A stretch of 64,000 bases of DNA from Tubulanus polymorphus. Its lineage: Eukaryota; Animalia; Nemertea. The notes beneath the pieces are model-generated. The model was not told the origin of the DNA, made no database searches, and worked only from the letters and a program-made list of their open reading frames with translations. Position 1 is the stretch's first letter, and every line of letters starts with the position of its first letter. The stretch is from the NCBI RefSeq assembly GCF_964204645.1, contig NC_134025.1:20249101-20313100 (forward strand). The letters are read 5' to 3'. The position numbers were made by a program, and so were the translations under genes. Shown piece after piece: positions 12,967 through 25,080 of this stretch.

Positions 12967-14280
12967 AACATAAAATCAATATCATCATAATCGAAATCAC
13001 TATTGGTTTCTTCATTTTCATTTAATTGTTTAGGTTCTTCTTCCATTTCATTTTTCTCATTCAAATAAAGTTCTATCTTGTTCCACATTTCATCTCGCTC
13101 TCTTTGTTTCTTTTTGTTTGTTAATTCATCAAATGGAATTATAATATCTATGTTTAAATAATTTACAATCTTATTTAAAAAGAATTCATAATTTATTGAA
13201 TCTGTTATTCTATTTTCCTCTATATTCTATTAATATTTGTTTGAATATTTTTTTTATATTTTTCATATCTTCTTCTGTTAATTTAGGTTTTTCATAATAA
13301 TCGTTAAATAATAAATATAAATACATTTTCTTTTGTTTTGTGTTAAATGTTGATGGAATAATTGTTTTTATAATATCTTTTTTAATTATTTCACCATTTT
13401 TATTTTCTATTATTTTCATTTTTTCAAGCCATTGCATATATTCTGGTGTATGATCTTCTATAGAAAATATTTTAAAAATTTAATCTAGATAATTTAATTT
13501 TGGATCTATGAGAAAATTTCTAGTTTTTTCTTCACCCAATAAATTCTTTTGCCATCCACATTCATTACAAAATAACACAGTACCTTCTTGTCTTAAGGTC
13601 GCATAACTACATTGTGGACATTTTCGTTTATAATTTATTGGTAATAGATCTTCATTAAGCTCTTGGTATTTTCTTACGTTTTCTTTATGTTTTATTGTTC
13701 TATTATGTAGATTTGAATTACTTGTTGTAATAATCAATTTACAATATTTACAATAATATGTTTTTCTTGTTAATTCATTATATTGTTTTTCTAACTTTTC
13801 AACTGTTTCTTTATTATCTGGTAACGTTTTCTCATATTTTATTTTTTCTAATAAATTATCTTTTCTTTCATTGAATTCAGTTTCAAATTTATTAGAAATT
13901 TTATCTATATGTTCTTTACGAAATTGATGATTCTCCCAATCTTCTATATTTTCAGGGTTATATTTCATTCGACAAGGCTCACAGAAATGATCTTTTATAT
14001 TATCCTTATCATAGAATAAGAAAGGTCTTTTCCAAATAACTTCAGGTTCAACTTCAGCAGAATTACTATTACTTTCATTACTATCAACATTAGCCGTTGC
14101 GACATTAATTCTACACTTCTCTGAATGTTTTTTAACATAATTTCTTGAGAATAATTTATTACATTTTGGACAGTTTATTTTAGGGGGTTTATAATTTTAA
14201 TCATGTTTTTTCATATGTCGAGCCATATTACTTTTTCTTAGAAGTTAACCACAAATTTCGCATGGTATCTTCTCATCCAT
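12963..14280 (-). pseudogene. Polinton multi-zinc-finger protein, disrupted
   Basis: Starts MDEKIPCEIC; further CPKC, CEPC, CKYC..H..H and CPQC..CNEC motifs across ORFs 13480-13968 and 13210-13437. The acidic tail ends at a TTAA shared with the pPolB stop. Confidence 0.6.
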
Positions 14281-14350
14281 TTATTAAGGAAAAATTTTAT
14301 TGAAATTAATTTTTAGTGATGAGCGGTAATTTTTTTTTATGTTATAAATA

Positions 14351-15105
14351 ATGGTAGAATCAAAAGAATACAGAATTTTTGTTGATTCTAGAAAACTTAC
14401 AAATTATAAATCACATAATTTACTAGTTCAATTAGATAGAGAATTTAAGAATTGTGTAGATTTAAAATTAGTTAATATAAGTTTATGTAATTCTTTTTAT
14501 AATATATCAGATAAAAGTATTGAACATAGATTGTTTATGATTTATGTAGAAAATATAGATAAATGGTATAATCTATTTTTAAAACCGGGATTATATAATT
14601 TAGAAAAATTAGCACAAGAAATTAACAGAAGAGCACGATTAAAAATTGAAAGTGAAGATAAATTTTCAATTAGATTTATAAAAAGTGATAGTTCTGATAA
14701 AATTAAAATAAAGTTAGCCAATGAACAAAATAAATTTATGGTAAACAAACCATTAGCTAAAATGTTAGGAATTAAACCATTTACTGTTACAGGAAACGTA
14801 GAAGTTACACCAAACTTAATACCTTACACACATTTCTATATTTATTGCAATTTAATCGATCCTACAAAAACATTTGAAGCAACTAAAGATACAATTTGTA
14901 ATTCTAGTATATTAAATACTTTACCATTAAAAAATGTTAAACAACTTGGAACGCAAATAAATCATAATTTAGCTGAATGTGATTTTAAACCTTGTATTCC
15001 ACATTTCAATAATTTTAAATTAGAAATAAGAAATCATAATGGATATTTAATTGATTTGAATAACTTCCTATAATTTATGAATTAGTTATAAGATGTAAAG
15101 AGTAA
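14351..15105 (+). CDS. Probable minor capsid protein (penton, single jelly-roll); frameshift near the C-terminus
   Basis: YRIFVDSR, LVNISLCNSFYNI, FYIYCNLI and KLEIRNHNGYLIDLN match the pattern of Polinton/virophage-type pentons. Confidence 0.7.
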
Positions 15106-15121
15106 TTTTTTCATTATATAA

Positions 15122-15455
15122 ATGAATATAACTGTTGGACCGAGTATATGTTTTGGATTTGATTTTAAACGTGAGAAAGAAATTTAACATTAATGATGTA
15201 ATTACACAAATCAAAAATATTGTATTTTCTAATGAAACAACAATAGATAAAGAAACTTTAAATGTAGAAAAGATTACTAATTTAATTAGAGAATCTTTAA
15301 GATTTTATGAATTAGATGAAGATTTTATCATAGATGATATTAAAAAAATAATAATTGAAATATATACAAATGAAACTAGTAATAAAATAAATGTTGAATT
15401 AATCATCACTAAGATAACTAAATATTTTGAAGATAGTAATTTTTTTGATAAATAA
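15122..15455 (+). CDS. Polinton hypothetical protein (probable 5' frameshift)
   Basis: TATAAATG start at 15122 is out of frame with ORF 15135-15455. Confidence 0.5.
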
Positions 15456-15719
15456 ATGAGTGATAATAAGTGGATAATAACTGGATTATATAATGGAGCA
15501 TTACTATCAGTTGGAACTGTTGGTTATTCAATGGTATTAAAAAAAGTATTCAAAATGGGAAGTGTTAATGTTGATAGATTTGATATAAATGATATTTTAA
15601 AGTTAACATTAGCAATTACTTTATCTAATTTAACTATTGATTATTTAGAAAAACAAAAATATATCCTCCCATATAAATGCGTAATTATTTTACTAAATAA
15701 ATGGCTTCTGCAATTATAA
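15456..15719 (+). CDS. Polinton small hydrophobic protein
   Basis: 87 aa with two hydrophobic segments; TAAATG stop/start junction with the upstream gene. Confidence 0.65.
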   Translation: MSDNKWIITGLYNGALLSVGTVGYSMVLKKVFKMGSVNVDRFDINDILKLTLAITLSNLTIDYLEKQKYILPYKCVIILLNKWLLQL

Positions 15720-16120
15720 CTATTATAGGATCGGCAATTGTTAACGCTTTGGCATTTACTGGTGGTGGATATTTATTTAAACATATTGATAAAAATAGTT
15801 CATTAGGAGAACAAAGAAGACATAACTTAGCATTAGAGAAATACAATAAAGCAGCAGAATATAGAGAAAAGAGACAAAACTATATGGATTACATCAATAA
15901 AGAATTATATGATCAGAAGATTTCACATAGAGATTTTCAATCAGTTGATGATGCAATGAGTTTATATAACGCAGTAACAAATAAAGAAAAATTACATCTA
16001 TACAAACCTAAATTATCAGATTATTATACCCCAAGTAAAGAACAACAGAAATATGAAATAATTTGGATTTTAGGTGGAACTGTTATTGTTATATTTGTAG
16101 CATATAAATTTACTAATTAG
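15701..16120 (+). CDS. Polinton protein with hydrophobic N- and C-termini and a central coiled coil
   Basis: 139 aa: IIGSAIVNALAFTGGGYLF ... IIWILGGTVIVIFVAY. Confidence 0.7.
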   Translation: MASAIITIIGSAIVNALAFTGGGYLFKHIDKNSSLGEQRRHNLALEKYNKAAEYREKRQNYMDYINKELYDQKISHRDFQSVDDAMSLYNAVTNKEKLHLYKPKLSDYYTPSKEQQKYEIIWILGGTVIVIFVAYKFTN

Positions 16121-16139
16121 TAATTTTTTTTCTAAATAA

Positions 16140-16574
16140 ATGGAAGATAAAGTTGATAGTATTGATATCATTCCTCATGATATAAATATAACTAAATTAA
16201 AAAAATATTTAGAAAAACAAATATTAGAATTTGAAAATGACTTAAAGATAAAAAAGAAAAAATATCTAAAAAGTAAAATTATATATTATTTGATTATAAG
16301 TGGTTCGGTTACAATTAGTTCTGTAATAACATTTCTAGCAATATTCAGTCCATTAACACCTTTAGCTATATCAATTGGCGTATTAGGATTAAGTTCAAGT
16401 GTTTTAACTGGTATAAGTTCAAAATTAAATATAAAAAGTAATAAAGAAAAAATTAAAACTAATATAAAAGAAATTAATAAATTAAAGAACACACTAGATT
16501 ATATCATAAGTTTAAATGGTCATATAACAGTTGAAGAACAAGATAAATTATTAAAAGAATTAATAAATTATTAA
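16140..16574 (+). CDS. Polinton two-TM membrane protein
   Basis: 144 aa with a paired hydrophobic hairpin flanked by basic coiled coils. Confidence 0.65.
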   Translation: MEDKVDSIDIIPHDINITKLKKYLEKQILEFENDLKIKKKKYLKSKIIYYLIISGSVTISSVITFLAIFSPLTPLAISIGVLGLSSSVLTGISSKLNIKSNKEKIKTNIKEINKLKNTLDYIISLNGHITVEEQDKLLKELINY

Positions 16575-16599
16575 TTTTTTAATTATATAAAATTAAGTT

Positions 16600-17885
16600 T
16601 TAGATTCATTAACTAATTTAGAAATTTATGTTACTGAAACTAATAATTTTAATGCAAAGATGGAAAATATATTTCATGTATATTTAATTAATTTTAAAAA
16701 ATTGAAAGATGAAAAACAATGGTAATTAAAATCTAATATGAAGTATTGGCAGAACCAATTAAATTTTGCTGTTTATTGTGCAACAACAGGTTGTGGAATT
16801 AGTTGGAATGATCATTTGAATAATTCTAAATATAAATTAATTCAAAGTTTATTTAGATTTCATACATACTTTCAAATCAGAATAATATTGAATGAATTAG
16901 AGTGCGCTTTACCAGGATCTAGATATTTTAAAGAATTAGATAATAATATTAATTTATCAAAGTTTTATAAAATTTGTAATGAATTTAATATAGATATAAA
17001 TAATTCTGATTTTAGAACAAAAATTGGAACAATAAGATCACTTCCTTGCCCTAAAAGATTGCAGAATATTGTGCACTTCCCATACCATCTAATAGTTTTT
17101 ATAATATCTATAGTAATAAATTAGGTTATGGTAAAATAGAAACTAAGGATTTAGAAACATTAAATTTCAATAAATTACCGACATTTTATGATAATTTAAA
17201 ACAAGAAAACAATAATGGTTGGGTTTATTTCATTTTAGAAAATAATGAAGGTTTTACAAAATCAGGTATACAAAGAATAAATCAATCTATTAGAACTTAT
17301 TTGATATGTATTCTAGGTGCACAAGTTGAAACAAGATCACCGATAATTGGAAATTTGAATACATCATTCGATACGCAGAAACAATTTAAAGTTTTATTTG
17401 AAGATTCAATTCATAATGATAAAAATAGATCAATTCCAGAAAACATTGTAAGATATCAAAATTATTTAGATAAAACACATATTAGATTAAATTATTGTAT
17501 AGGCCCTAATCTATTAATTATTTCTAATGATTTAGTATTAAAGATGGGAAATATAATTGGTTATAATAATCTAATTAAAACTGCAACAATAAATAATTCA
17601 TTTGGATTGAATGATATAAATAAAAAGATAATTACTGCTCCAAAATTAATGGAAGGTGAAAAAAATAAAAAACATATTCAATCAACAGAAACTAAAACTA
17701 AGAATATTAAATTGGATAATGACTCCAAAATAAAAGATTACAATACATCAGAAAATATAAGAACTGATAATATTCAACATGATATAATTAAAACTGATAA
17801 TGATAATAAATCCCATGAAAATACTAAATTAGATTTAACTTTTATAGGAATTGTTATAGGAGGAATATTATATTTTGAATTTTAA
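16600..17885 (+). pseudogene. Polinton protein of unknown function with a C-terminal TM segment, disrupted
   Basis: ORFs 16738-17124 and 17301-17885 read as one gene (YWQNQLNFAVYCATTGCGIS, FRFHTY, CILGAQVETR). Start is approximate. Confidence 0.6.
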
Positions 17886-17901
17886 TTTTTTTATTATATA
17901 A

Positions 17902-19355
17902 ATGGATGTAGAAGGTGGAGAAGAAATTGGAATGGATAATTTTGATGAACCTGGCATAACTGATGAACAACCACCCGATTTTGATGAAACAAGTTTTAAT
18001 GATGGTAATGAGCCAGAATATAATAATAATTTGAATATGCCTGATTATATCAAAAATGCAGAATCACAATTAAATCCTGAAAATTTAGACCCAGATTTAG
18101 TAAAACAAGATTTAGATAATTTAAACAAAATACCTAAATTAGAAGATTTAATTGAAAAATCTAAACTTAACATAAATGATGAAGACGTTGGACTTTTAGC
18201 AGATCAATTAAAATTTTTAGATAATGGTAAATGTTATTATCGTTTGAAAGGTGATTATTATATTGATATCACTTCTAAAAATAATAAAAAAATATTAGCG
18301 GAATCAACTTTGAAAAGTTTAAAACCAGATAAAATCAAAATAATAAGTAATAGTAATGAAATAACTGATGTTACACAAAAAGAAATAGATGATAATATAG
18401 ACGTATTTAAACAAAGAATTAATGAATTATTTGAAATAATCAAAAAGAAATCAGAAACAGAAACAACTTCTGAACAGAATATAACTTCCAAAAATAGTAA
18501 ACTTAAATCAAATAAAGTTCCAATTGAAAAACTTTTACCGAATGGATTACTTGATGCAACAGATCAAGAATTAGAAGATTTAGATATATTTTCTGATAAA
18601 GCAATTAGAGAGATTATTAGTATAAGAAATGCATCTGATAAAATTGCGCATGATAAAAGTATAAGAGATTTAAAAATTAGAACTTTAGAAAAAGAATTAA
18701 CTGATAAAAATAAAGAAATAGAACAATTAAAATTAGATAGAGATAATAAAGTTATTGAAGAAATTGAATTTAAAAAAAGGAATGCATATTTAGAAAAAGA
18801 AATTGATGATTTAGAATATAACATAGAATTACAAAAAGAAGAAATTAAATTATTATTAAAATCATATGATTATAATATCAATAGATTAAAAGTTATTTTT
18901 AAAGATTTGTTGATTAAACCAAATTCTGAAATATCATTAAAAGATAGAATAAAGTTATTATTTAAATTAGAAGGAATAACAATTCTTTCAATTCTAACAG
19001 CTGTTACTATGTTATTTACAACAATTGGTTTAGCAATATCAAATGCTTTAAAATCTACTCCTACTCCCAATAAACCAGATAAACCCCCAAATGATAATAA
19101 TTCTATACAAGATAAAGTTAAAGATGGTTTAAAGAAATTAGCAAAATATTTATGGGAACTATCTAAAAATCTGCTGCAGCATTGCCAGGAGTTATTGCAT
19201 CAATTGTTGGTTTTATATTGAAATCTGCAGGAAACATTATTAACTTTGCTGCTGAACATATTATTTTATTTTTAATTACAGTTGTAAGTGCTATTATTTT
19301 TGGGTTAGTGAATATGATATCAAAAAGATATCAAGAAAAAAATAATAAAAAATAA
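17902..19355 (+). pseudogene. Polinton acidic/coiled-coil protein with a multi-helix hydrophobic C-terminus; one frameshift near 19165
   Basis: ORF 17902-19221 continues in a shifted frame as SAAALPGVIASIVGFILKSAG...IILFLITVVSAIIFGLV. Confidence 0.65.
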
Positions 19356-19379
19356 ATAATTAATCTTTTTGTTAAATAA

Positions 19380-20628
19380 ATGAGTGGGAGTTATATAAGT
19401 CCTTCTAAGATTTCTAGAATATCTAATGCTATTAAAGCAGAAAGATCACATCATATAATTACACATAATCCTTCAAATATTAATCCCGATGAAACTTTAT
19501 ATGTTAGAATTCCTAGATTAACACAAAATACTTTTTATGTTCCAAATAGTATTTATTTATCAGCTGATATAAAAGTAACTGGCCATGATAACAATTATGT
19601 TGTTGATAATGTTGGAAGGTATTTGATTAAAAAGTTAGCAATAAAGATTGGTCCAGAAACAGTTTTCTCATTAGATGATTATAATTTATTTATGCATTAT
19701 AAAGATTTATGGTTAACTAAAGAAAATAGAAATAATATGATATTTCAGGGTATTCAATCGGAAAACCATAATAAATTAAGATCAGGAGCTAATGACGCAA
19801 TAGTAACTCGTGCCACAGATAATTTGATTAAAAAGATTTATGGAAGCAAATATAAAATTCCATTAGACTTTGAATTGATAAATAATAATGCACCTTTATA
19901 TAAATACGCAATTCAAGAAGATATTATATTTGAGATAACATTTGCTCCTGTAAATGAAATTGTATTATCTAGCGTTGTTAAAGATATGGGTTATAAATTA
20001 TCGAATATATGTTTAGAATATAACACAGTAACTAATGAAAATATTGCTAGCACAATTCAAACTCAATACAATCAAGGATTTTCATTATTATATGATTATA
20101 TTGATAAATTTAAAACTGTAACTATTAATGCAAATGATGAAATAATTAATGAGAATATTAACTTCCCAAGAAGATCTATTAAAGGTATATTAATATTTTT
20201 TACCATTGCAACATATACTAATGGCGCAATAAAGGTAGATAATTATTATAATCCTGAAATAACAAAAGTAGAAATAACTATCGAAGGAATAGCAAATAAA
20301 ATATTTTGTCAAGGAATGAGAATGATTGATCAATAGCCAGAAATTAGAAAACATTTTATGAATGAAAAAGTAAAATCATTTGAAAATTGTAATATTAATC
20401 AAATTGATTATTATACCGGTAATAAATATGCATTATGGTTAGATTTTAGAACAACAGAGGATAATTCATTACATGGTTCTGGAAAAAAAACTACAGAACA
20501 CTAAAGATGGAATACAATTATTCATGAAAAAGAAAAGAGGAGACAAAAATTTTAAAATGCACATTTATATTATATCTGATGCACAATTAAATATTGTTAA
20601 TTCACAATTAGATAGTATTCAATATTAG
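19380..20628 (+). pseudogene. Major capsid protein (double jelly-roll), with a premature TAG and a frameshift
   Basis: About 415 codons: NPSNINPDETLYVRIP, YKIPLDF, LSNICLEY, NPEITKVEITIEG, YALWLDFR, LHGSG. Size, beta-rich pattern and position fit an MCP. TAG at 20334; frameshift in the A-run near 20485. Confidence 0.8.
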
Positions 20629-20658
20629 AAATATAAAGTTAAAATTAACGATATATAA

Positions 20659-21786
20659 ATGGGAAGTAAAAAAACTCCTAATACTAAAGAACAATATTTA
20701 AAAAATTTATATTACAACCCTGAGAGTTCGGTTGCTTATTCTTCTACTAAAAATATATGGCGTCAAGTAAAACAAGATAAATTAGATAAGATAATCCCAC
20801 AAAATTTAGTTAAATATAAAGATATAAATGAATTTATGTTAGAACAACCAACATATACAACACATAAAAAAATTGTTAGAAAATATAAAACTCGTAAAAC
20901 TATGGTAAGTTATGTAGATCAACAGTGGCAAGGAGATTTAATTGATATGAAAAATGTTAAGAAAGATAATGATGATTATTGGTGGTTATTGAATATAATT
21001 GATATTTTTAGTCGTTATGTATGGAGTTTCCCACTTTATAGAAAAGATGCTGTTCAAACATCAAATGTTTTAAGAAAATTTCTTTTGGATGATAAACTAA
21101 GACCAGAAAAAATACAATTTGATGATGGAAAAGAGTTTGATAATTCACTTGTTCATGAACTCTTAGATAATCATAATATTAATTATTTTTCAACAAAATC
21201 GGATAAAAAAGCAGCAGTTGTTGAACGATTTAATAGAACATTAAGAACAAGAATGTGGAAATATTTTACAGCAAATAATACTTTTAAATGGATTGATGTT
21301 TTACCAAAATTGATAGAAGGATATAATAATTCTTATCATTCTTCTATTGGAATGAAACCTATTGATGCTAGAAAACCTGAAAATTCTGAAATTGTTTGGA
21401 ATAATTTATATGGAGCATTTCTTGTAGATGATTTTGGTGAACCTAAATTTAAAGTTGGTCAAAATGTTAGAATTTCTAAGTATAAAAAGATATTTGACAA
21501 AGGATACGATCGAAATTTTACTAGAGAAATATATAAAATGAAAAAGGTAATAACAACAAAACCATATGTCTATAAATTAGAAGATTTAGATGGTGAAGAA
21601 GTTGATGGGTATTTTTATGAAGAAGAATTGAGTTTAACTACTGAAAATCTAGAACAAGAATATAAAATTGAAAAAGTATTAAAAACAAAAACTATTAAAA
21701 GAAAAAAATATTCTTTAGTAAAATGGGTTGGATGGCCAGATAAATTTAATGAATGGATATTATCAAGTAAAATTAAAAATATATAA
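20659..21786 (+). CDS. Retroviral-like (RVE) integrase with C-terminal chromodomain; ORF intact
   Basis: WQGDLIDM, IDIFSRY, QFDDGKEF and VVERFNRTLR (DDE); YNNSYHSSIGMKP; LVKWVGWPDKFNEW. Confidence 0.95.
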   Translation: MGSKKTPNTKEQYLKNLYYNPESSVAYSSTKNIWRQVKQDKLDKIIPQNLVKYKDINEFMLEQPTYTTHKKIVRKYKTRKTMVSYVDQQWQGDLIDMKNVKKDNDDYWWLLNIIDIFSRYVWSFPLYRKDAVQTSNVLRKFLLDDKLRPEKIQFDDGKEFDNSLVHELLDNHNINYFSTKSDKKAAVVERFNRTLRTRMWKYFTANNTFKWIDVLPKLIEGYNNSYHSSIGMKPIDARKPENSEIVWNNLYGAFLVDDFGEPKFKVGQNVRISKYKKIFDKGYDRNFTREIYKMKKVITTKPYVYKLEDLDGEEVDGYFYEEELSLTTENLEQEYKIEKVLKTKTIKRKKYSLVKWVGWPDKFNEWILSSKIKNI

Positions 21787-22395
21787 ATGAATAAGGAATT
21801 ATTTATATTTGAGCCTCATAATATGTTAATTTCTGGCGTAACAAATTGTGGAAAAACTTATTTTATATTAAATTTATTAGAAACTGTTTATGAAAACTAT
21901 TTTGATAATATAGTATTATTTTGTCCAACATATGAATTTAATCAAACTTATGATAGAAATATTACTAGAAATAATAAATTTATTATATTAGATCCTAAAA
22001 CAGTAAAAGAAAATTTTGATAATTGTATAAAAATAGCAATTGATATTTATAAAGGATCAAATATATTATTTATCATAGATGATTGCGCAAATTTACATGA
22101 TTCAAAAGTTAGAGAAAGTGAGTTATGCTATTTAGCTTTTTCTGGCAGACATTTTGGGATAACAACTTGGGTTTTAAATCAAAAATATAATTCAATTGTT
22201 AAAGACTTTAGAGAAAACATTAGATTTCTAGTTTTATTCTACAATAAAGATAGAAAATCGATGAAAAATGCGCTTGAAGAAAATGATATTATTCCGCATG
22301 ATTTACATAATGAATATATGGATAAGTTGAAAAATATTAAAAGATCAAAATTACTATTTAGATTACAACACCCATTTAAATATGAATTTATTTAA
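21787..22395 (+). CDS. A32/FtsK-like genome-packaging ATPase; ORF intact
   Basis: Walker A GVTNCGKT, Walker B LFIIDD, then SGRH and LNQKY. Confidence 0.92.
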   Translation: MNKELFIFEPHNMLISGVTNCGKTYFILNLLETVYENYFDNIVLFCPTYEFNQTYDRNITRNNKFIILDPKTVKENFDNCIKIAIDIYKGSNILFIIDDCANLHDSKVRESELCYLAFSGRHFGITTWVLNQKYNSIVKDFRENIRFLVLFYNKDRKSMKNALEENDIIPHDLHNEYMDKLKNIKRSKLLFRLQHPFKYEFI

Positions 22396-22668
22396 ATTCA
22401 ACTAGCTTGTTAATCTAGTTGAATTCTAGTTACATTCTAGTTGAATTCTAGTTATTGGTAGTTGGGACAAAAATCAACTAGATTTGACAATATTTTAACT
22501 AACTTGTTAATCTAGTCTAATTCTAGTTACATTCTAGTTGAATTCTAGTTGTTAGTAGTTGAAACAAAAATCAACTAGATTTAACAAGAAATAAACAAAA
22601 ACAACAATATTTCAACTAGCTTGTTAATCTAGTTGAATTCTAGTTACATTCTAGTTGAATTCTAGTTG
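22396..22668. repeat. About 3 tandem palindrome-rich units (~100-120 bp) inside the Polinton
   Basis: Repeated TCAACTAGCTTGTTAATCTAGTTGAATTCTAGTTACATTCTAGTTGAATTCTAGTT. Confidence 0.85.
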
Positions 22669-22684
22669 CAACATCACAACTAAT

Positions 22685-25069
22685 TTTTAGGCCAGCCGTA
22701 GGCTGAGCCTATTACTATACAAATGGAGCGAATTTAAATGACATGGTTTCCACACAAAAGGCTCTTTTGCTTGCCAAGTGAGGGCATATTCGAACAAATC
22801 ACGTATTTAAGCGTAATCCATTCTCGGAATCGTAGCGAGCAGAATTTTGAAATAGGCTTTCATAAAAATGTTTTCTGCATTTTTCACGAAAATAAAATCG
22901 GGAAAATTTCAATTTTTATCAGCCAATCAGGAAGTTGTGTCTTCCCTGTGATTGGTTTATCTAAAAATATCAGCAGCTGTTCACGTGAATTATCGTGATT
23001 TCATTACTGGCGCTTTTGCGCATGACGTCATGTATCAACACGCGACAATACTTCCGCGTTCGCTACGTGTTCGCTGATTGGCCCATTTACTGGGAAATTC
23101 CACAGAAGCCTAATGTGGTTTGTTACAAGCGCTGTGATTGGCCCGACCTGATTCTGGCACGGCTTTAGCTTAGTGGGTTCGAATCCCTTGACGGGAGAAG
23201 ATGATGGATCCTATCGATGCTATCAACAAATAAGTTTCCCGGTTGGGCAGCTGCGGATATCTACCGAAAGTGTTGCGGTTCGATATTTCGAGGTTTCTTT
23301 GAATTTTGGAGTGATATTGAAATCCGGTAAACACCGGCGGTAGATTGTGGTGAAAACCCATTGCTTGATATTTGTACTACTTAATCAACGAAAAGCGTCG
23401 GGCCGCGCCAGGAGTTTTCGCGATTCAAGTAGCTCAATAGCCTACTTCTTCGTGTTCGTCCACCTCCGCAATTTTCACTCCGCCGATCTCTGACACGGCT
23501 CTGTCGCCGTCGGCGCTGTGATTGCACTATTCGTACCACCAAAATTTTTTATTTCTATATCAGGGAGGTCTGGAGAATAAAAAAGTCAAAATTTGGATAT
23601 CACATAGGCCTGATTTCATCGAATAAGTCGACCATGGTTGTTACGTTTTCGTACTAATTACCACCTAAAACCGTCTGAACAATTTTGTCACAACCAACAT
23701 TTCGTTTACAGAAATCAGGTGTTCACGTGAACCCGCGGTATCGTCTATTGTTTTACTTCCGGGTTTTATTTTAAGATTTAAAATCGTATTTCAAGATCGA
23801 TTTCTATGAAATCTTTTTTAGTTGATTTGGTGTTTGGGAGGAATTTTTATTTGCTCTACAGAAAATTCATCCTTGACAATTGCGCAAGGTTCGCAAAAAA
23901 TTGCTTTTCCCAAATCGAGTGTATGAACTTGATATGCTAATTAGCCATGTGCTCGAATTGCAAATTCAATCAAATTTTATTCTGCCAAAAAAAATCCAAT
24001 TCGCTTTCCGAGAGTTAATGGTATGCTGCATGGAACAAAGTTGTTCTGAGATGGGTCTTGAAGCTGTTGAGTCGAGAGATAACCATCTAGATAGTTCGTG
24101 AGAGTTCCAAAGTTTTGAAGACGCTTCAAGGTAATGTCTTGATATTTGGTTTATACGTGTATCTACCCTAGACACATCTTCAGGCCAAAAACTGGCCCTG
24201 TCAGATTCAAGATGGCCGACTGGCAGCCATTGTTGTTCGCCAAAATCATCACTTTTTACACATTTTAGAAGTTTTCGAGGGAAATTTTGAAGACACTTTT
24301 ATCAATAACCTTGATCATTCGTATATATTTGTATCCCCCAAGGGCCCATCGGCATGAGAAAAATTGGGTCGATCGGACTCAAGATGGCCGTCCTGTGACC
24401 TTTTTTGTTCCCAAAAATGTTAATTTTGGCCTGAATTCTGAGTCCTGTAGCTTTCTAATGGTGTGCCATTTTTCATTGCAATTTGTAATGGGTATTCTTT
24501 GGAAAAGGATCTTTTATATCCGAGAGGGTATTTTTGACCAGGCAATTATGACGCAATTGGCGGCCATCTTGGGGTCATCAGTACTCATTCGTAGGTGGAA
24601 AAAAGTTTAGCCACATCATTTTGATACTTAAGCATATTTTGCTACCATAATTAATTGGAAAGTTGTTGCTCATGACATGTTCTATGATTGAGGTGAGTTT
24701 CAAGCTCATTGGTTTTTGTTTATGGCCACCAGGGGGCGTTGAACAATACAATAACTTAGTATTACATTCGTACCTATGCATATTTTGCTACCACAATCAA
24801 TTGGAAAGTTGTAGCTCATGACATGGTCTATGATCTTGGTGAGTTTCAAGCTCATTGGTTTTTGTATATTGCCACCAGGGGCGTTGAACAATACAATAAC
24901 TTAGTATTTCTATATTACATTCGCTCCTGTTGTCTGTGTTAACACACGATTGTACTATGTAAATGACATTGAGCAGGGAGTGTATATTGATAAATATAAC
25001 CCACAGATTACATCATTTATAAAAAGCAAATCTGACAGGCTGGCCATTGTGCCCCTTGGGGCTCTTGTT
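22685..25069 (+). mobile_element. Non-autonomous Helentron-type element (HINE) nested in the Polinton
   Basis: Inserted in a T-run; sub-terminal IR GGCCAGCC/GGCTGGCC; 3' hairpin GCCCCTTGGGGC; internal ~135-bp tandem duplication; paralogous to 53741-54617, with a core shared by 37900-38660, 41250-41500 and 63790-64000. Confidence 0.75.
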
Positions 25070-25080
25070 TTGTTATATAA

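Noticed and set aside
9088-20336. Stop-codon reassignment or readthrough in the Polinton (TAA 9088, TAA 11043, TAG 11504, TAG 20334)
   Set aside because: Both stop types occur, apparently replacing different residues, alongside several frameshifts, and TAA is the normal terminator of the intact genes. This fits mutational decay; some homopolymer frameshifts could be sequencing errors.
22396-22668. CRISPR-like array in the viral element
   Set aside because: The sequences between the palindromes are themselves repeated, so there are no unique spacers.
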